Assembly: GCA_963814375.1 (NCBI GenBank)
Contig: CAWFCQ010000003.1
Span: 103,393 to 167,392 of the forward strand
Origin: an uncultured Chloroflexia bacterium
GTDB lineage: Bacteria > Chloroflexota > Limnocylindria > QHBO01
DNA: 64,000 bases
Direction: 5' to 3'
Numbering within the stretch: the stretch's first letter is position 1; each line of letters opens with the position of its first letter. Below the pieces are notes generated by a model, which was not told the DNA's origin, did not search any database, and saw only the letters and a program-made list of their open reading frames with translations. This document shows, piece after piece, positions 49,676-59,513 of this stretch. The position numbers and the translations under genes were made by a program.

Positions 49676-50475
49676 CAGCCCACCCTCTTGAGCTTGCCGG
49701 TGCGCTTCGCGTAGCGCTCGGCGATGCCGAAGACGTAGACCCCGAGCGGGATGAGCACGATGCCCATCACCACCAGCGGCCAGACGTCGTGCCACAGGGC
49801 GGTGACCGACGTGCCCTTGATCAGGCCCTCGCGGATACCGTCGAGGACGTAGGTGCCCGGCGAGAACTGGGCGACGAACTGCATCCACTCCGGCAGCGTC
49901 TCGACCGAGTAGTACACCCCGCTGAAGAGCAGGATCACCGACTGGATCACGAAGACCATCTGGTCGCCCCGCTCGACGTACAGCAGCGGCAGGATGGCGG
50001 CCATCATGCCGACCCCGACGAAGCTGATCGAGCCCAGCGCCAGGAAGACGCCTGCCGTCAGGAAGTTGCCGCCGCTGAACTCCAGGTCGAAGAAGAGCAG
50101 CATCACGCCCAGGATGATCACCATCTGGATCACCGCGTAGGCCACCGCGAAGGCGGTCGAGCCGACGAGCTGCGTGTAGCGGCGCACCGGCGCCATGAAG
50201 GTGTACTCGAGCGTTCCCTCCCAGCGCTCCCAGGTGACCGTCTCGCCGATGAAGCCGAAGACGATCGAGAGGAAGTTCCAGAAGATCGTGCCGATCACGA
50301 GCACCTGGAGCAGCGCCTGGTCGTCCTGGGCCACGCCGATGAAGGCCACCGACAGGGCAGCCGCCAGCGAGTAGACGAGCCATGCGACTTCCCAGCCCCA
50401 GTAACGCTTGGTCAGGTTGAAGTTGCGCTCCACGAAGGCGAGGCTCGCCCGCAGCTCGCGCGTTGCGATCGTCAT
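49675..50475 (-). CDS. ABC-2 type transporter permease
   Basis: 266 aa with six TMS. ABC-2 family pattern (TKRYWGWEVAWLVYSLAAALS ...). Confidence 0.75.
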   Translation of the reverse strand: MTIATRELRASLAFVERNFNLTKRYWGWEVAWLVYSLAAALSVAFIGVAQDDQALLQVLVIGTIFWNFLSIVFGFIGETVTWERWEGTLEYTFMAPVRRYTQLVGSTAFAVAYAVIQMVIILGVMLLFFDLEFSGGNFLTAGVFLALGSISFVGVGMMAAILPLLYVERGDQMVFVIQSVILLFSGVYYSVETLPEWMQFVAQFSPGTYVLDGIREGLIKGTSVTALWHDVWPLVVMGIVLIPLGVYVFGIAERYAKRTGKLKRVG

Positions 50476-50486
50476 CGGTTCATCCC

Positions 50487-51404
50487 TTAGTCGTCGTCGT
50501 TCTCTTCGTCCTCGTCGACATCGTCGTCGAGGCTCTTGCCGGTGAACGTCATGAACACGCTCTCCAGCGTCGGCTCCTTGCCGTAGTCACGAGCGACCAT
50601 CGCCTTCAGCTCGTCCGGCGTTCCCTCCGCCACCATCCGTCCGTCGTTGATGAGCGCGATCCGGTCGCACAGCCGCTCGGCCTCGGCGAGATCGTGCGTC
50701 GTCAGCACGATCGTCGCGTCGTGCGTGTCGCGGACCTCCTCGATGAAGGTCTGCACGTCGAGCTTCGACCGCGGATCCAGCCCGGTGGTCGGCTCGTCGA
50801 GGAGCAGCACGGTGGGGCTCGTCAGCAGCGCCCGCGCGATCGCGACCTTCTGCTGCATGCCACGGCTCATCTGCTCGACCGGCCGGTCCAGCCGCTTCTC
50901 GCCCACGCCGAGCCGGTTCAGGATCGCGACGACCTGGACCCTCGCCTTCTTCGCATCCATCCCGTACAGCCGGGCCGCATAGGCCAGGTTCTCGTGCGGG
51001 CTGAGCTTCTTGAAGAAGGCCGCGTCCACGCTCACCCGGTTGATGAGCTGCTTGACGGCCATCTCCTCGCGCTCGACGTCGTGCCCCAGGACCTCGACCC
51101 GGCCGCCGTCCAGGGTCAGCAGCGTGCTGACCAGGCGAATGAGCGTGCTCTTGCCGGACCCGTTGGCGCCGAGGATCCCGTAGATCTCTCCACGCCGGAT
51201 CGACATGCTCACGTCGTTCACGGCCACCACCGACTTCTTCTTGCGACCGACCACGAATCGCTTCGTGGCGCCGTCGAGAAGCAGCGCCGGCAGCTCGCCC
51301 GCCGGCGGAGGACCCACGCGGCGCAACGGCTCGCGCGCCGGGAGCTGCGTCGGGTCTGCGGTCGGCATCGGTGCCGTCTTCGGTTCAGTCATGACCTCGG
51401 TCAT
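50487..51404 (-). CDS. ABC transporter ATP-binding protein (ABC-2/DrrA-like)
   Basis: Walker A GANGSGKST, Q-loop, signature MSRGMQQK, Walker B LLLDEPTTGLD, H-loop. The start is assumed at MTEVMTEPK; the longer ORF to 51536 would translate the upstream repeat region. Confidence 0.85.
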   Translation of the reverse strand: MTEVMTEPKTAPMPTADPTQLPAREPLRRVGPPPAGELPALLLDGATKRFVVGRKKKSVVAVNDVSMSIRRGEIYGILGANGSGKSTLIRLVSTLLTLDGGRVEVLGHDVEREEMAVKQLINRVSVDAAFFKKLSPHENLAYAARLYGMDAKKARVQVVAILNRLGVGEKRLDRPVEQMSRGMQQKVAIARALLTSPTVLLLDEPTTGLDPRSKLDVQTFIEEVRDTHDATIVLTTHDLAEAERLCDRIALINDGRMVAEGTPDELKAMVARDYGKEPTLESVFMTFTGKSLDDDVDEDEENDDD

Positions 51405-51520
51405 CGTTCGTTCCGTTTCGCTTCGTTCGATTCGTTCGCTCGTCGTTCGGGCCACCAGATGGGAAGAGCCGCGACCCGTTGGCTCCGGGTCCGCGGCTCT
51501 TGCTTTCGCCCCCCGTAAGC
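51404..51520 (-). promoter_or_regulatory. structured leader: GAACGAA-type heptamer repeats plus a 13-bp stem hairpin upstream of the ABC exporter operon
   Basis: On the minus strand, the hairpin (plus coordinates 51464-51501, aagagccgcgaccc / gggtccgcggctctt) is followed by about six (c)GAACGA(a) repeats (51404-51450) ending at the ATG. Confidence 0.35.
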
Positions 51521-51888
51521 CGATACGGGGCAACAAAAAACCGTGGACCCGATCCGGCCCACGGCTCCGGTGGCTTCGGCGGCTTCACCGCCGTTGCTCT
51601 ACCTCGACCAGGGCACAGATCTCCCGTCGGCAGCGCTGCCGGTAGGCGCGCTCCCGTGCGTCATGAAGGCGCAGATGAGATTCATCGCCGTCAGATCGCT
51701 CCTCGTTCGTTGATGGTCGCCGGACACCGCCGGGCAGCGTCGGCTGCAGTTGGTGGTGCCGGCGGAGTCTACGACCGGCCCGAGACGAGTGTCAAGGTTT
51801 CTACGTCGTTTGTCTCATACCGTGAGGCGTTGGCCCTCGGCACAAGGCCGGGTATCGTGGATGCCCATCGAGCGGGAGAGCAGAACCC

Positions 51889-52851
51889 TTGCAGGTCAAC
51901 CGCGGACTCGTCTTCTGGGGCGTGGCGCTCATCAGCGCGGGGGCGGTCGCGCTCGCGATCCAGGCGGGGATCATCGACGACGAGGTGGCGCGCCGGCTGT
52001 GGCAGTACTGGCCGGTCGTGCTCATCGTCATCGGCATCTCGATCCTGGCCGCGCGCACGGCGTTCGCGCTGGTGGCGACGCTGGTGGCGGCCGTGGTGGT
52101 CGGCGGGATGGTCGGCACGCTGGCGGCGGGCTGGCCGGACGGCATCGGCATCGGATGCGGCGGCGAGGCGGGCCAGGTCGTAACCGAGCGCGGCTCCTTC
52201 GACGATGCTGCCGATGTCGAGCTGGACTTCAACTGCGGCGACCTGTCGGTGGCCATGGCGGAGGGCGCCGACTGGTCGGTCGAGGCGCGCCATGGCGGCG
52301 ACGCGACGCCGGAGATCACCTCGAGTGGCAGCTCGCTGCGCGTGACCGCCGAGGATGTCAGCGTGTTCGGCTTCAGCGACGCGCGCCAGGAGTGGGACGT
52401 GACGCTGCCGACCGAGGCCAGCATCGCACTGTCGGTGGAGGCCAACGCGGCCTCGAGCAACCTCGACCTCGCCGGTGGCGACCTGTCGGAGCTGGGCATC
52501 GACGCCAACGCCGGTGAGGTGAACCTCGGGCTCGCGGGCGCGTCGGTCGACGAGCTCTCGATCGACGCCAATGCCGGGTCGCTGTCGATCGATGCCGATG
52601 ACGGGACCACACTGGACGGGTCGGTCGAGATGAACGCGGGATCGCTCGAGCTGTGCGTGCCGGACGGGGTCACCCTCGCCATCACGCTGGCCGACGACAA
52701 CATCACCTTCAGCCACAACCTCGACGAGAGCGGCCTCTCTCAGCAGGGCGACACGTGGTCGACGGGCGGCGACTCCGCGCCGACCATCACGCTCCGCGTC
52801 GACGGAAACGCGGCGAGCTTCACCCTGAACCCTGAAGAGGGATGCGCATGA
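51889..52851 (+). CDS. LiaF-like membrane protein with DUF4097-like beta-helical repeat domain
   Basis: Two N-terminal TMS, then repeated (L/I)xIDANAGx(V/L) strands (LGIDANAGEVNLGL, LSIDANAGSLSIDA, VEMNAGSLELCV). Confidence 0.55.
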   Translation: MQVNRGLVFWGVALISAGAVALAIQAGIIDDEVARRLWQYWPVVLIVIGISILAARTAFALVATLVAAVVVGGMVGTLAAGWPDGIGIGCGGEAGQVVTERGSFDDAADVELDFNCGDLSVAMAEGADWSVEARHGGDATPEITSSGSSLRVTAEDVSVFGFSDARQEWDVTLPTEASIALSVEANAASSNLDLAGGDLSELGIDANAGEVNLGLAGASVDELSIDANAGSLSIDADDGTTLDGSVEMNAGSLELCVPDGVTLAITLADDNITFSHNLDESGLSQQGDTWSTGGDSAPTITLRVDGNAASFTLNPEEGCA

Positions 52852-53297
52852 ACCGGCGCCTGTACCGATCCCGCACCGACACGATCCTCGGCGGCGTCGC
52901 CTCCGGCCTCGCGACCTACCTGAATGCCGATCCGGCACTCGTTCGAATCGGCTGGGCGATTCTCGTGCCGCTGACCGGCGGAATTGCCCTCGTCGTCTAC
53001 GTCATCGCCTGGATCGTCGTCCAGGAGGAGCCGGTTGGCTCGGCGGCGAGGCCATCGGTGACCGACCCCGTCACCGGGGTGGTGGTGGAGCCGGCCGGAG
53101 GTGATTCGCTGCCGGAGCCGGTCGGCCGCGCGAGTGATGGACGCGCGGGCATCGTGGTCGGCATCGGCCTCGTGCTGCTCGGACTCTGGTTCCTGCTGCG
53201 CGACTACCTGCCCGACATCGACTGGAGCCTCGTCTGGCCGCTCGTCATCGTGGGCATAGGTGCCGCCATCCTCGTCATCTCGATGCGACGGCGGTAG
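52842..53297 (+). CDS. PspC domain-containing envelope stress protein
   Basis: PspC motif LYRSRTDTILGGVASGLATYLNADPALVRIGWAIL followed by a TM helix. It overlaps the upstream gene by 10 nt. Confidence 0.75.
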   Translation: MRMNRRLYRSRTDTILGGVASGLATYLNADPALVRIGWAILVPLTGGIALVVYVIAWIVVQEEPVGSAARPSVTDPVTGVVVEPAGGDSLPEPVGRASDGRAGIVVGIGLVLLGLWFLLRDYLPDIDWSLVWPLVIVGIGAAILVISMRRR

Positions 53298-53300
53298 GCG

Positions 53301-56300
53301 TCAGCCGCCCTCGGGCATCGGTCCGGTGGCAACCTCGGGCTCGCGTTCGCGCAGGCGCTCCCACCAGCGGCGGCCGCTAATCGCGAACCAGCCGGCGGCG
53401 ACGGCGGCCATCACGCCCACCGCGGCCTTGAGCGCCCCCACTGACACGAGCTCCTCGCGTGACCCGGTCGGGGGGTCGGGAAACTGGAAGCCGAAGTTCC
53501 ACGGCGGCAGCGCGCGAGCCGCGTTGATATACCAGTCCGGCATCGGCAGGGCGGAGCCCAGCGGGAAGATGGCGATCCCGACGATCACCGCCAGCGCCAG
53601 GTAGCCGAGCGCCACGTCACGCCACGCGGGGCGGCGCAGCAGCTCGTCGACGATGTAGGCGACAGCGATCATCGCGAAGATCACCGCCGTGAGGTAGTGG
53701 TAGGCGAAGGTGGCGCGCTCGATCCGGATCCACGGCACGAACTGGAAGGCGAAGGCCGCCACCACCAGCACCAGCGCCGGCGAGCGGCGCTTCCAGGCCA
53801 GCACGGTGCACGCGGCGAGCGCGGGAATGCCGGCCCAGAACAGGACGGGGTTGCCACCGTTGTAGATGACCGCCAGCAGCTCGTTGTCGAACGAGCCGGA
53901 GTAGAACCAGGTCGGCTTCAGCGCCAGCGGCCAGCTCCACCACGGCGAGGCGCTGTCGTGGCCCGCGGTCAGGTTGAAGTGGTAGCCGAACATCTGCGCG
54001 TGCAGCTCGTCGATCGACCAGCCGTAGCCGGGGCCGCCGCCGATGGCCCAGTCGTGGCCGAGCTGGAGATACGGGATGTAGGTGAGCCCGTAGACGACGA
54101 GCGGGATGACGATCAGGCAGGCGCCCACCCACGGCCAGGCGAAGCCGCCCATCTCGGCGGGTCCATACCAGCGCGCGTCGGAGCGCGGGTCACGCAGCGA
54201 GCGCCACGCCCGCCACGCGACGAGCATTCCCGCGACGCCGATCATGATCCAGACCGGCCAGCCGACCTGGGCGCCGCGCGCGAGGAGCCCGAACAGCAGC
54301 TCCACCGCGCCGTTCGGTTCCCGCGCATCGGGCACCTGGTCGAACGCGATCACGAAGGCCAATCCAACCCCGGCGAAGACCGCGATGCTGGCCGGGATCG
54401 CGGTCAGCACCTCGCGGCGATCGAGGCGAATCGGCCGCACCCAGGTGATCGTCAGCGCCAGCGCGGTCAGGCCGACCATGACGAGCAGGAACGGCCACGG
54501 CGCCCCCACCCCGCCGACGACGGTCGCCAGCGCCACGAGCGCCACCAGGAACAGCCGCCCGAGGTTGGATCTCGCCAGGACGAGCACCAGGAGGCCCGCC
54601 AGGGCATAGAAGCCGACCCACTTCGTCGAGGCCGCCAGGCCGATGAGGACGCCGGTCAGCGGCAGCGCCCACCACGCGCTGCGCGCCCATCGGCCTGACC
54701 AGATCTGCCAGAAGAGCAGGTACGCGGCGACGATGAAGGTCGCCACGAAGATGTCGTTCATGCTGATCCGGCTCATGACGTAGCTCATCGGGTCGAGAGC
54801 GACGAAGGCGGCGGCCAGGATCGCGATGCGGCGGCGGCCGAACATGGTGGCGACGAGCAGGTAGACGAGCGCGACCAGCGCGACCCCGAAGAGGACGCCG
54901 GCGAGGCGCCACGCGAACGCGTTGCTGCCCGCGTCGATCGCGACGAGCGAGGCGGCGCCATCCTCGGCGGCGGTGCTGACCAGCAGGCGCCCGGCGTCGT
55001 CATCCTGCGAGGTGGTGGCGATGTCGAACGCCATGGAGAGCGGCGTGCCCGGCAGCTCGGTGGCGTCGAAGGCGGCGAGACCAATCGTCCCGTCGCCTCG
55101 CGTCTCGGCGTGCGGCTCGAGCGTCCACGTCTCGGGGACGCCCGCCGCCGTCGTGCCCGCGATGTAGGTCAGCCCGGCGACCCGCTGCTCGGCGATGAGC
55201 AGCGGCGCACCCGGCAGCGGGACGAGGCCGAGTGTGCACGGGTCGCCGCTGCAGCGACCGTTGCTGCCGTCCGCGTCCAGGAAGGCGAGGCCGCCGATCG
55301 TGGCGGGATGCTCGGCTGTCGCGGCCAGCGGACCGGTGAGGGCCAGCACCTCCTGTGAGTCGCCTCGATCGCGCACGAGGATCGGACCGATGAGAGGCGC
55401 CTCGACCGGTTCCGCCTCGTACTCCGGGCGCGGCTCCAGCGTGCTCGCATCGAGATACTCGACGGTGTTGCGCGCCGGGTCGGAGACGACCACCCAGTCC
55501 GGCTCCTCCTCCTCGACCCCCACGACGAGGCCGATGCCGCCGTACATGCCCTCGGCGCTCGCGAGGACCTCGTCGGTGGCCCGCTCGATGACGGCCACGC
55601 CGTCCGTCCCGCGCAGCAGGATCGGATCGCTCGCCTCGGACGGCACGAGTACCTGGTTCACGGTCTCCAGCCCGGACTCGATCGATGGACCGGCCGGCGG
55701 CGCGCGGCCGTCCGGCGACGCCAGCAGACCGGCGAGCTCATAGGTCTCGACCGTTCCGCTGTCAGCGCGGCCAACGAGGAGGCGGTAGGCCTCGGCGTCA
55801 TACGCCAGCGAGGCGATCGGGCCGCCGGCGCTCCAGCTCGCGACCTCCTCGCCCGTATCGGCGTCCATCGCGGTGATCGTCGCGCCCCCAGCCGCAAGGA
55901 GGGCGATGGAGCGATCGTGGCCGACGGACGCGCGCCGGGGCGCGACGGTCAGCGCGCTCGAGGCGGATTCCAGCTCGGTGCTGCCGACGACGCGGTTCGG
56001 ATCGGCGGCGACGATGCCGCCTGCGATGAGGTACTTCGCCAGCATCGGGTGGGTCCACTCGTACACGTCGCGCGTCCAGTCGTTGTTCCAGTTGGCGAGG
56101 AACTCGGCGGCCGAGCGCGCGTGGTAGACCTCGTCGAAGTGCTGGCTGCGCGGGGTGTCGAGGCGCCAGAGGCGGAAGACGAGCGCGAACACCACGAGCG
56201 CCAGCAGGGCGAGCGCGTCGCGCCGGTCGAGGCGGCGTGACGGCTCGTGCAGGTAGGCGTCGGCGGGATTCGGGGCGAGCCACACGGCACCGGCAGCCGC

Positions 56301-57860
56301 CCGTCGTGGCTCTCGGCCGGCGAGGGCGACAGGCGGCGCGGCGGCGCTCTCCGGCGCGAGCTGCATCGGCTGCTCGCGCGGCTCGAGGCTCAGCCGCAGC
56401 GCAAGCCACGCCACGACCGCCAGCGCCACGGTGATCAGCAGCGCCAGCAGCCAGATGCCGCCGTCGGTCAGCAGCGTCGAGGTGAGCAGCTCGCTCTGCG
56501 GCATCGGCGCGCCGTTGACACCGGGGTTGATGATGCGCGGCCCGGCGAACGACCAGTCCTCGGTATAGACCCAATAGATGTTCGCGAAGAACGAGACCGA
56601 CAGGGCGGCGTAGAGCCACGGCCACGCCCGTCCCGAGAAGACGAGCAGCGCCCCGAGCGCGAGCGCCGGGAAGAGGTAGCGCTCGTGGACCCGGGTCGGC
56701 AGCACGAAGAACGCGATCGCCAGCAGCAGCGAGGCGAGCACCACGCCACGCATGTCGTCGCGTCGGGCCACCAGCCATAGCGCGATCAGCGCTGCGCCGG
56801 CGAAGAGGATCGTCCCGATCGTCTGCCAGGTGAGCGCCATCCCGCCGATGGCGAACGCGACCACGGTGTCATCGCCCCAGTGCAGCGTGTCGCCGAGGCC
56901 GCTCCACGGGTTGCGCCACATGTTGAAGGCGTTGATCGAGAGGCCGGTGTAGGTGGACGCCGCCTCGGCCAGCTTGCCGATCAGGCTCCGTGAGGGATCG
57001 GCCTGGGGCAGGATCCCCAGCAGGCCGTTGGGGTCGCCTCCGGCCAACGGTACGTACAGGGTCATCCCGAAGGGCAGCATCACGAGAGTCAGGGCGACGA
57101 CGCCCGCGGCCAGTGAAGTGACCACCCGTAGCAGGTCCCGCCGCCCATCGTGCTCTGGATCCGATGAGCGCCCGGCCAGGTGCCGCTTCAGTCCGACCAG
57201 GACGACGATCGGGATGAGGAAGGCGAACTGGAACTTCACGAGCATGGCGACCACCGCGCCGACCGCGGCCGCCTCGGTCCACCCTCGCCCGAGCGCATAG
57301 ATCGTCACCAGCAGGAGAAGGGTGCCGACCGAATCGATCTGGCCCCACACCGCCGAATCGAAGATCACGCCGGGGTTGAACAGGTACAACGTGGCGGCGG
57401 CCAGCCCGAGCGTCTCGGGGCGGATGTCGAACCTGGTGCGCGAGACGAGCTCGGATCCCCATCGGCGCCCGATGATGAAGAGCATCCACGCGACGCCGAT
57501 GTCGGCGGCGATGCCGGGGATCTTGACAAGACCCGCGGTGGCGTCCTGGCCCACGACCGGCGCGAGCGCCGCACCGATCCCGCCCAGCAGCCACAGCACG
57601 TACAGGTAGCCGGGCGGATAGTCGCTGAAGTAGTCGTTGGCGTAGAAGTCGCCTGGCCCGACGCTTGCCAGGCGCTGTCCCCAGGCCGCAAAGTCGCCGA
57701 TGTCGATCGCGAAGCCGCTCATCGGCATCAACACGCCCGCAATGAAGGCGCGCAGGACGAGGCCGAGGACGAGGATTGCCGTGAGGATCGTGCCGGCGTC
57801 GAGCCGCCGAAGAGTGTCTGTCATCCCCACGCCCCGCCGGCCGACGGGGTCGCGGGTCAT
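53301..57860 (-). CDS. giant (~1500 aa) tandem GT-C membrane glycosyltransferase: ArnT/GT39-like domain + PMT-like domain with an inserted periplasmic beta-rich domain
   Basis: Domain 1 has the GT39-like signature DFYANDYFSDYPPGYLYVLW. Domain 2 opens with the PMT loop-1 motif HFDEVYHARSAAEF, then a roughly 350-aa Gly/Ala/Thr-rich extracytoplasmic insert, then 10+ TMS ending with a PMT_4TMC-like C-terminus (PWWSWPL). The start is taken at MTRDPVGRRG (57860); the ORF to 58370 overlaps the divergent gene. Confidence 0.7.
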   Translation of the reverse strand: MTRDPVGRRGVGMTDTLRRLDAGTILTAILVLGLVLRAFIAGVLMPMSGFAIDIGDFAAWGQRLASVGPGDFYANDYFSDYPPGYLYVLWLLGGIGAALAPVVGQDATAGLVKIPGIAADIGVAWMLFIIGRRWGSELVSRTRFDIRPETLGLAAATLYLFNPGVIFDSAVWGQIDSVGTLLLLVTIYALGRGWTEAAAVGAVVAMLVKFQFAFLIPIVVLVGLKRHLAGRSSDPEHDGRRDLLRVVTSLAAGVVALTLVMLPFGMTLYVPLAGGDPNGLLGILPQADPSRSLIGKLAEAASTYTGLSINAFNMWRNPWSGLGDTLHWGDDTVVAFAIGGMALTWQTIGTILFAGAALIALWLVARRDDMRGVVLASLLLAIAFFVLPTRVHERYLFPALALGALLVFSGRAWPWLYAALSVSFFANIYWVYTEDWSFAGPRIINPGVNGAPMPQSELLTSTLLTDGGIWLLALLITVALAVVAWLALRLSLEPREQPMQLAPESAAAPPVALAGREPRRAAAGAVWLAPNPADAYLHEPSRRLDRRDALALLALVVFALVFRLWRLDTPRSQHFDEVYHARSAAEFLANWNNDWTRDVYEWTHPMLAKYLIAGGIVAADPNRVVGSTELESASSALTVAPRRASVGHDRSIALLAAGGATITAMDADTGEEVASWSAGGPIASLAYDAEAYRLLVGRADSGTVETYELAGLLASPDGRAPPAGPSIESGLETVNQVLVPSEASDPILLRGTDGVAVIERATDEVLASAEGMYGGIGLVVGVEEEEPDWVVVSDPARNTVEYLDASTLEPRPEYEAEPVEAPLIGPILVRDRGDSQEVLALTGPLAATAEHPATIGGLAFLDADGSNGRCSGDPCTLGLVPLPGAPLLIAEQRVAGLTYIAGTTAAGVPETWTLEPHAETRGDGTIGLAAFDATELPGTPLSMAFDIATTSQDDDAGRLLVSTAAEDGAASLVAIDAGSNAFAWRLAGVLFGVALVALVYLLVATMFGRRRIAILAAAFVALDPMSYVMSRISMNDIFVATFIVAAYLLFWQIWSGRWARSAWWALPLTGVLIGLAASTKWVGFYALAGLLVLVLARSNLGRLFLVALVALATVVGGVGAPWPFLLVMVGLTALALTITWVRPIRLDRREVLTAIPASIAVFAGVGLAFVIAFDQVPDAREPNGAVELLFGLLARGAQVGWPVWIMIGVAGMLVAWRAWRSLRDPRSDARWYGPAEMGGFAWPWVGACLIVIPLVVYGLTYIPYLQLGHDWAIGGGPGYGWSIDELHAQMFGYHFNLTAGHDSASPWWSWPLALKPTWFYSGSFDNELLAVIYNGGNPVLFWAGIPALAACTVLAWKRRSPALVLVVAAFAFQFVPWIRIERATFAYHYLTAVIFAMIAVAYIVDELLRRPAWRDVALGYLALAVIVGIAIFPLGSALPMPDWYINAARALPPWNFGFQFPDPPTGSREELVSVGALKAAVGVMAAVAAGWFAISGRRWWERLREREPEVATGPMPEGG

Positions 57861-57965
57861 CAGCGGCGGCGCCCCCGTGGAGCGCGCCGTGTCGTATCGC
57901 ACGCCAAGGTGGCGGTGAGTATACATCGGCCCTCGGACGGCCCCGGCGCGCGCCGGGTTTCGTCC

Positions 57966-59513
57966 GTGGTGCCCTACACCGACAACGCGGTCGCCTTCGC
58001 CGCCGCGGTGGTGACCGTGGTCGCACTCGGCATCTACCTGCGCACGATGATGCCGTCGACCGGCTTCTGGGACACGGGCGAGGCCCAGACGGTGCCCGCG
58101 ACTCTCTCGATCTTCCATCCGACCGGCTTCCCGCTGTACGCCATGGCCGGCTGGCTCTGGAGCCAGCTGCCGTTCGGGGAGGTCGCATGGCGCATGAACC
58201 TGCTGTCGGTGGTGTGCGTCGCCGCCGCCTCGGGCCTCGTCGCGCTCATCACCGGCCACCTCGTCACCGAGCGCGATCGTTGGCTGCGTGGCGCCGCCGC
58301 CGCCATCGCGGGCCTCTCGTTCGCCTTCGCGGCCGAGCCGTGGGAGAACGCCACCCGGGCCGACGTGCACGCCGTCAACGTGATGTTCGTCGCCCTCATC
58401 GTCTGGCTCCTCTTTGCATGGCGGGCGGCGGTGCGCGCCGGCTCAGCGCGAGCGGACCGCTGGCTCGTCGGAGCGGCGCTCGCATTCGGCCTCGGCGTCG
58501 CCGCCCATCCCCTGGTCGGGCTGACGGCATTCGGGATCGCGGCATGGGTGCTCACGACCGATCGGCACATATGGCGGCGCTGGCGCCTCGTGGCGGCATG
58601 TGCCGGCGCCGTTGCGCTTGGGCTGGCGACCTACGGCTACATCTGGATCCGGGCCGTCATCGATCCGGCGCCCCCGCTGTTCTACGGGCATCCCGACACC
58701 TGGGAGCGGTTTCGCTACGTCGTCTTCGCCGAGCAGTTCCGCGAGCTGTTCGACGACTTCAGCTCGCCGTTTGCTCAGCTGGCGCCCAAGTGGAACGTCG
58801 CCGAGCGAGTCCTCGCGGCGCAGCTCGTCGGGCCTGGCTGGCTCGTCGCGGCGACGGGCGCGGCGGTGCTGGCCGCTCGACGCATCGAGGCATTCGCCTT
58901 CCTGGGCTTGATCGTGGTCGCGAGTGTGTTCTATGCCATGAACTTCCGCGACGGGGACATCGATCGCTACTACCTGCCCACCGTGGTCGTGGTCGCGCCC
59001 CTCATCGGCGTGGCCGTTGCGGCCGCCGCTGCTGCTGCGAGTCATGCCGTCGCCCGGCTGGCGGAACCCTCCATCAGGCTCGTCGCAACCGTGGCGACGG
59101 TGGCGGTGATCGCGCTCGGCGCCCTCCTGCCGGGCGCATCGCTCGTCACCGGCTACGCGGCGCTCGACCGGAGCTGGAACCGAGAGGCCGATCGCTGGGT
59201 GGCATCGGTCCATGCAGAGCTGCCGCCCAACTCGGTCGTGATCAGCTGGTGGAGCTACAGCACGCCCCTCTGGTACCACCGCTGGGTGCTCGGCGAGCGG
59301 CCGGACGTCACGATCATCGACGAGCGCAACATCCTCGACGACGGGTACCGTACGATGCCCAACGCGATCCGCACCTTCTTCGGCGAGCGGCCCGTGTTCG
59401 TGGTCCCGCCGAGCTGGGAGTACGAGAGCATCACCAACCAGTGGCTGACCCGAACGGTCAGCACATATTCCGGCTACACCGATCTGCTGTTCATCGAAGG
59501 GCTTCGACCGTGA
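57966..59513 (+). CDS. DUF2723-like polytopic membrane protein (putative GT-C glycosyltransferase)
   Basis: About 515 aa from a GTG (VVPYTDNAVAF). Multiple TMS with a GT-C-like arrangement and the signature FWDTGEAQTVPATLSIFHPTGFPLY. It is divergent from the giant GT-C gene. Confidence 0.55.
   Translation: MVPYTDNAVAFAAAVVTVVALGIYLRTMMPSTGFWDTGEAQTVPATLSIFHPTGFPLYAMAGWLWSQLPFGEVAWRMNLLSVVCVAAASGLVALITGHLVTERDRWLRGAAAAIAGLSFAFAAEPWENATRADVHAVNVMFVALIVWLLFAWRAAVRAGSARADRWLVGAALAFGLGVAAHPLVGLTAFGIAAWVLTTDRHIWRRWRLVAACAGAVALGLATYGYIWIRAVIDPAPPLFYGHPDTWERFRYVVFAEQFRELFDDFSSPFAQLAPKWNVAERVLAAQLVGPGWLVAATGAAVLAARRIEAFAFLGLIVVASVFYAMNFRDGDIDRYYLPTVVVVAPLIGVAVAAAAAAASHAVARLAEPSIRLVATVATVAVIALGALLPGASLVTGYAALDRSWNREADRWVASVHAELPPNSVVISWWSYSTPLWYHRWVLGERPDVTIIDERNILDDGYRTMPNAIRTFFGERPVFVVPPSWEYESITNQWLTRTVSTYSGYTDLLFIEGLRP

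Noticed and set aside
51404-51452. GAACGAA heptamer repeats considered as a CRISPR-like or mobile-element repeat
   Set aside because: Only about six short, contiguous, imperfect repeats without spacers, located at a gene start. They are reported instead as a leader element.
51525-51560. Hairpin ccccgtaagccgatacgggg followed by caacaaaaaacc, considered as an intrinsic terminator
   Set aside because: On the plus strand the tail is A-rich, not U-rich. On the minus strand the T-run precedes the stem. It lies in a divergent promoter region, so a terminator role is unsupported.
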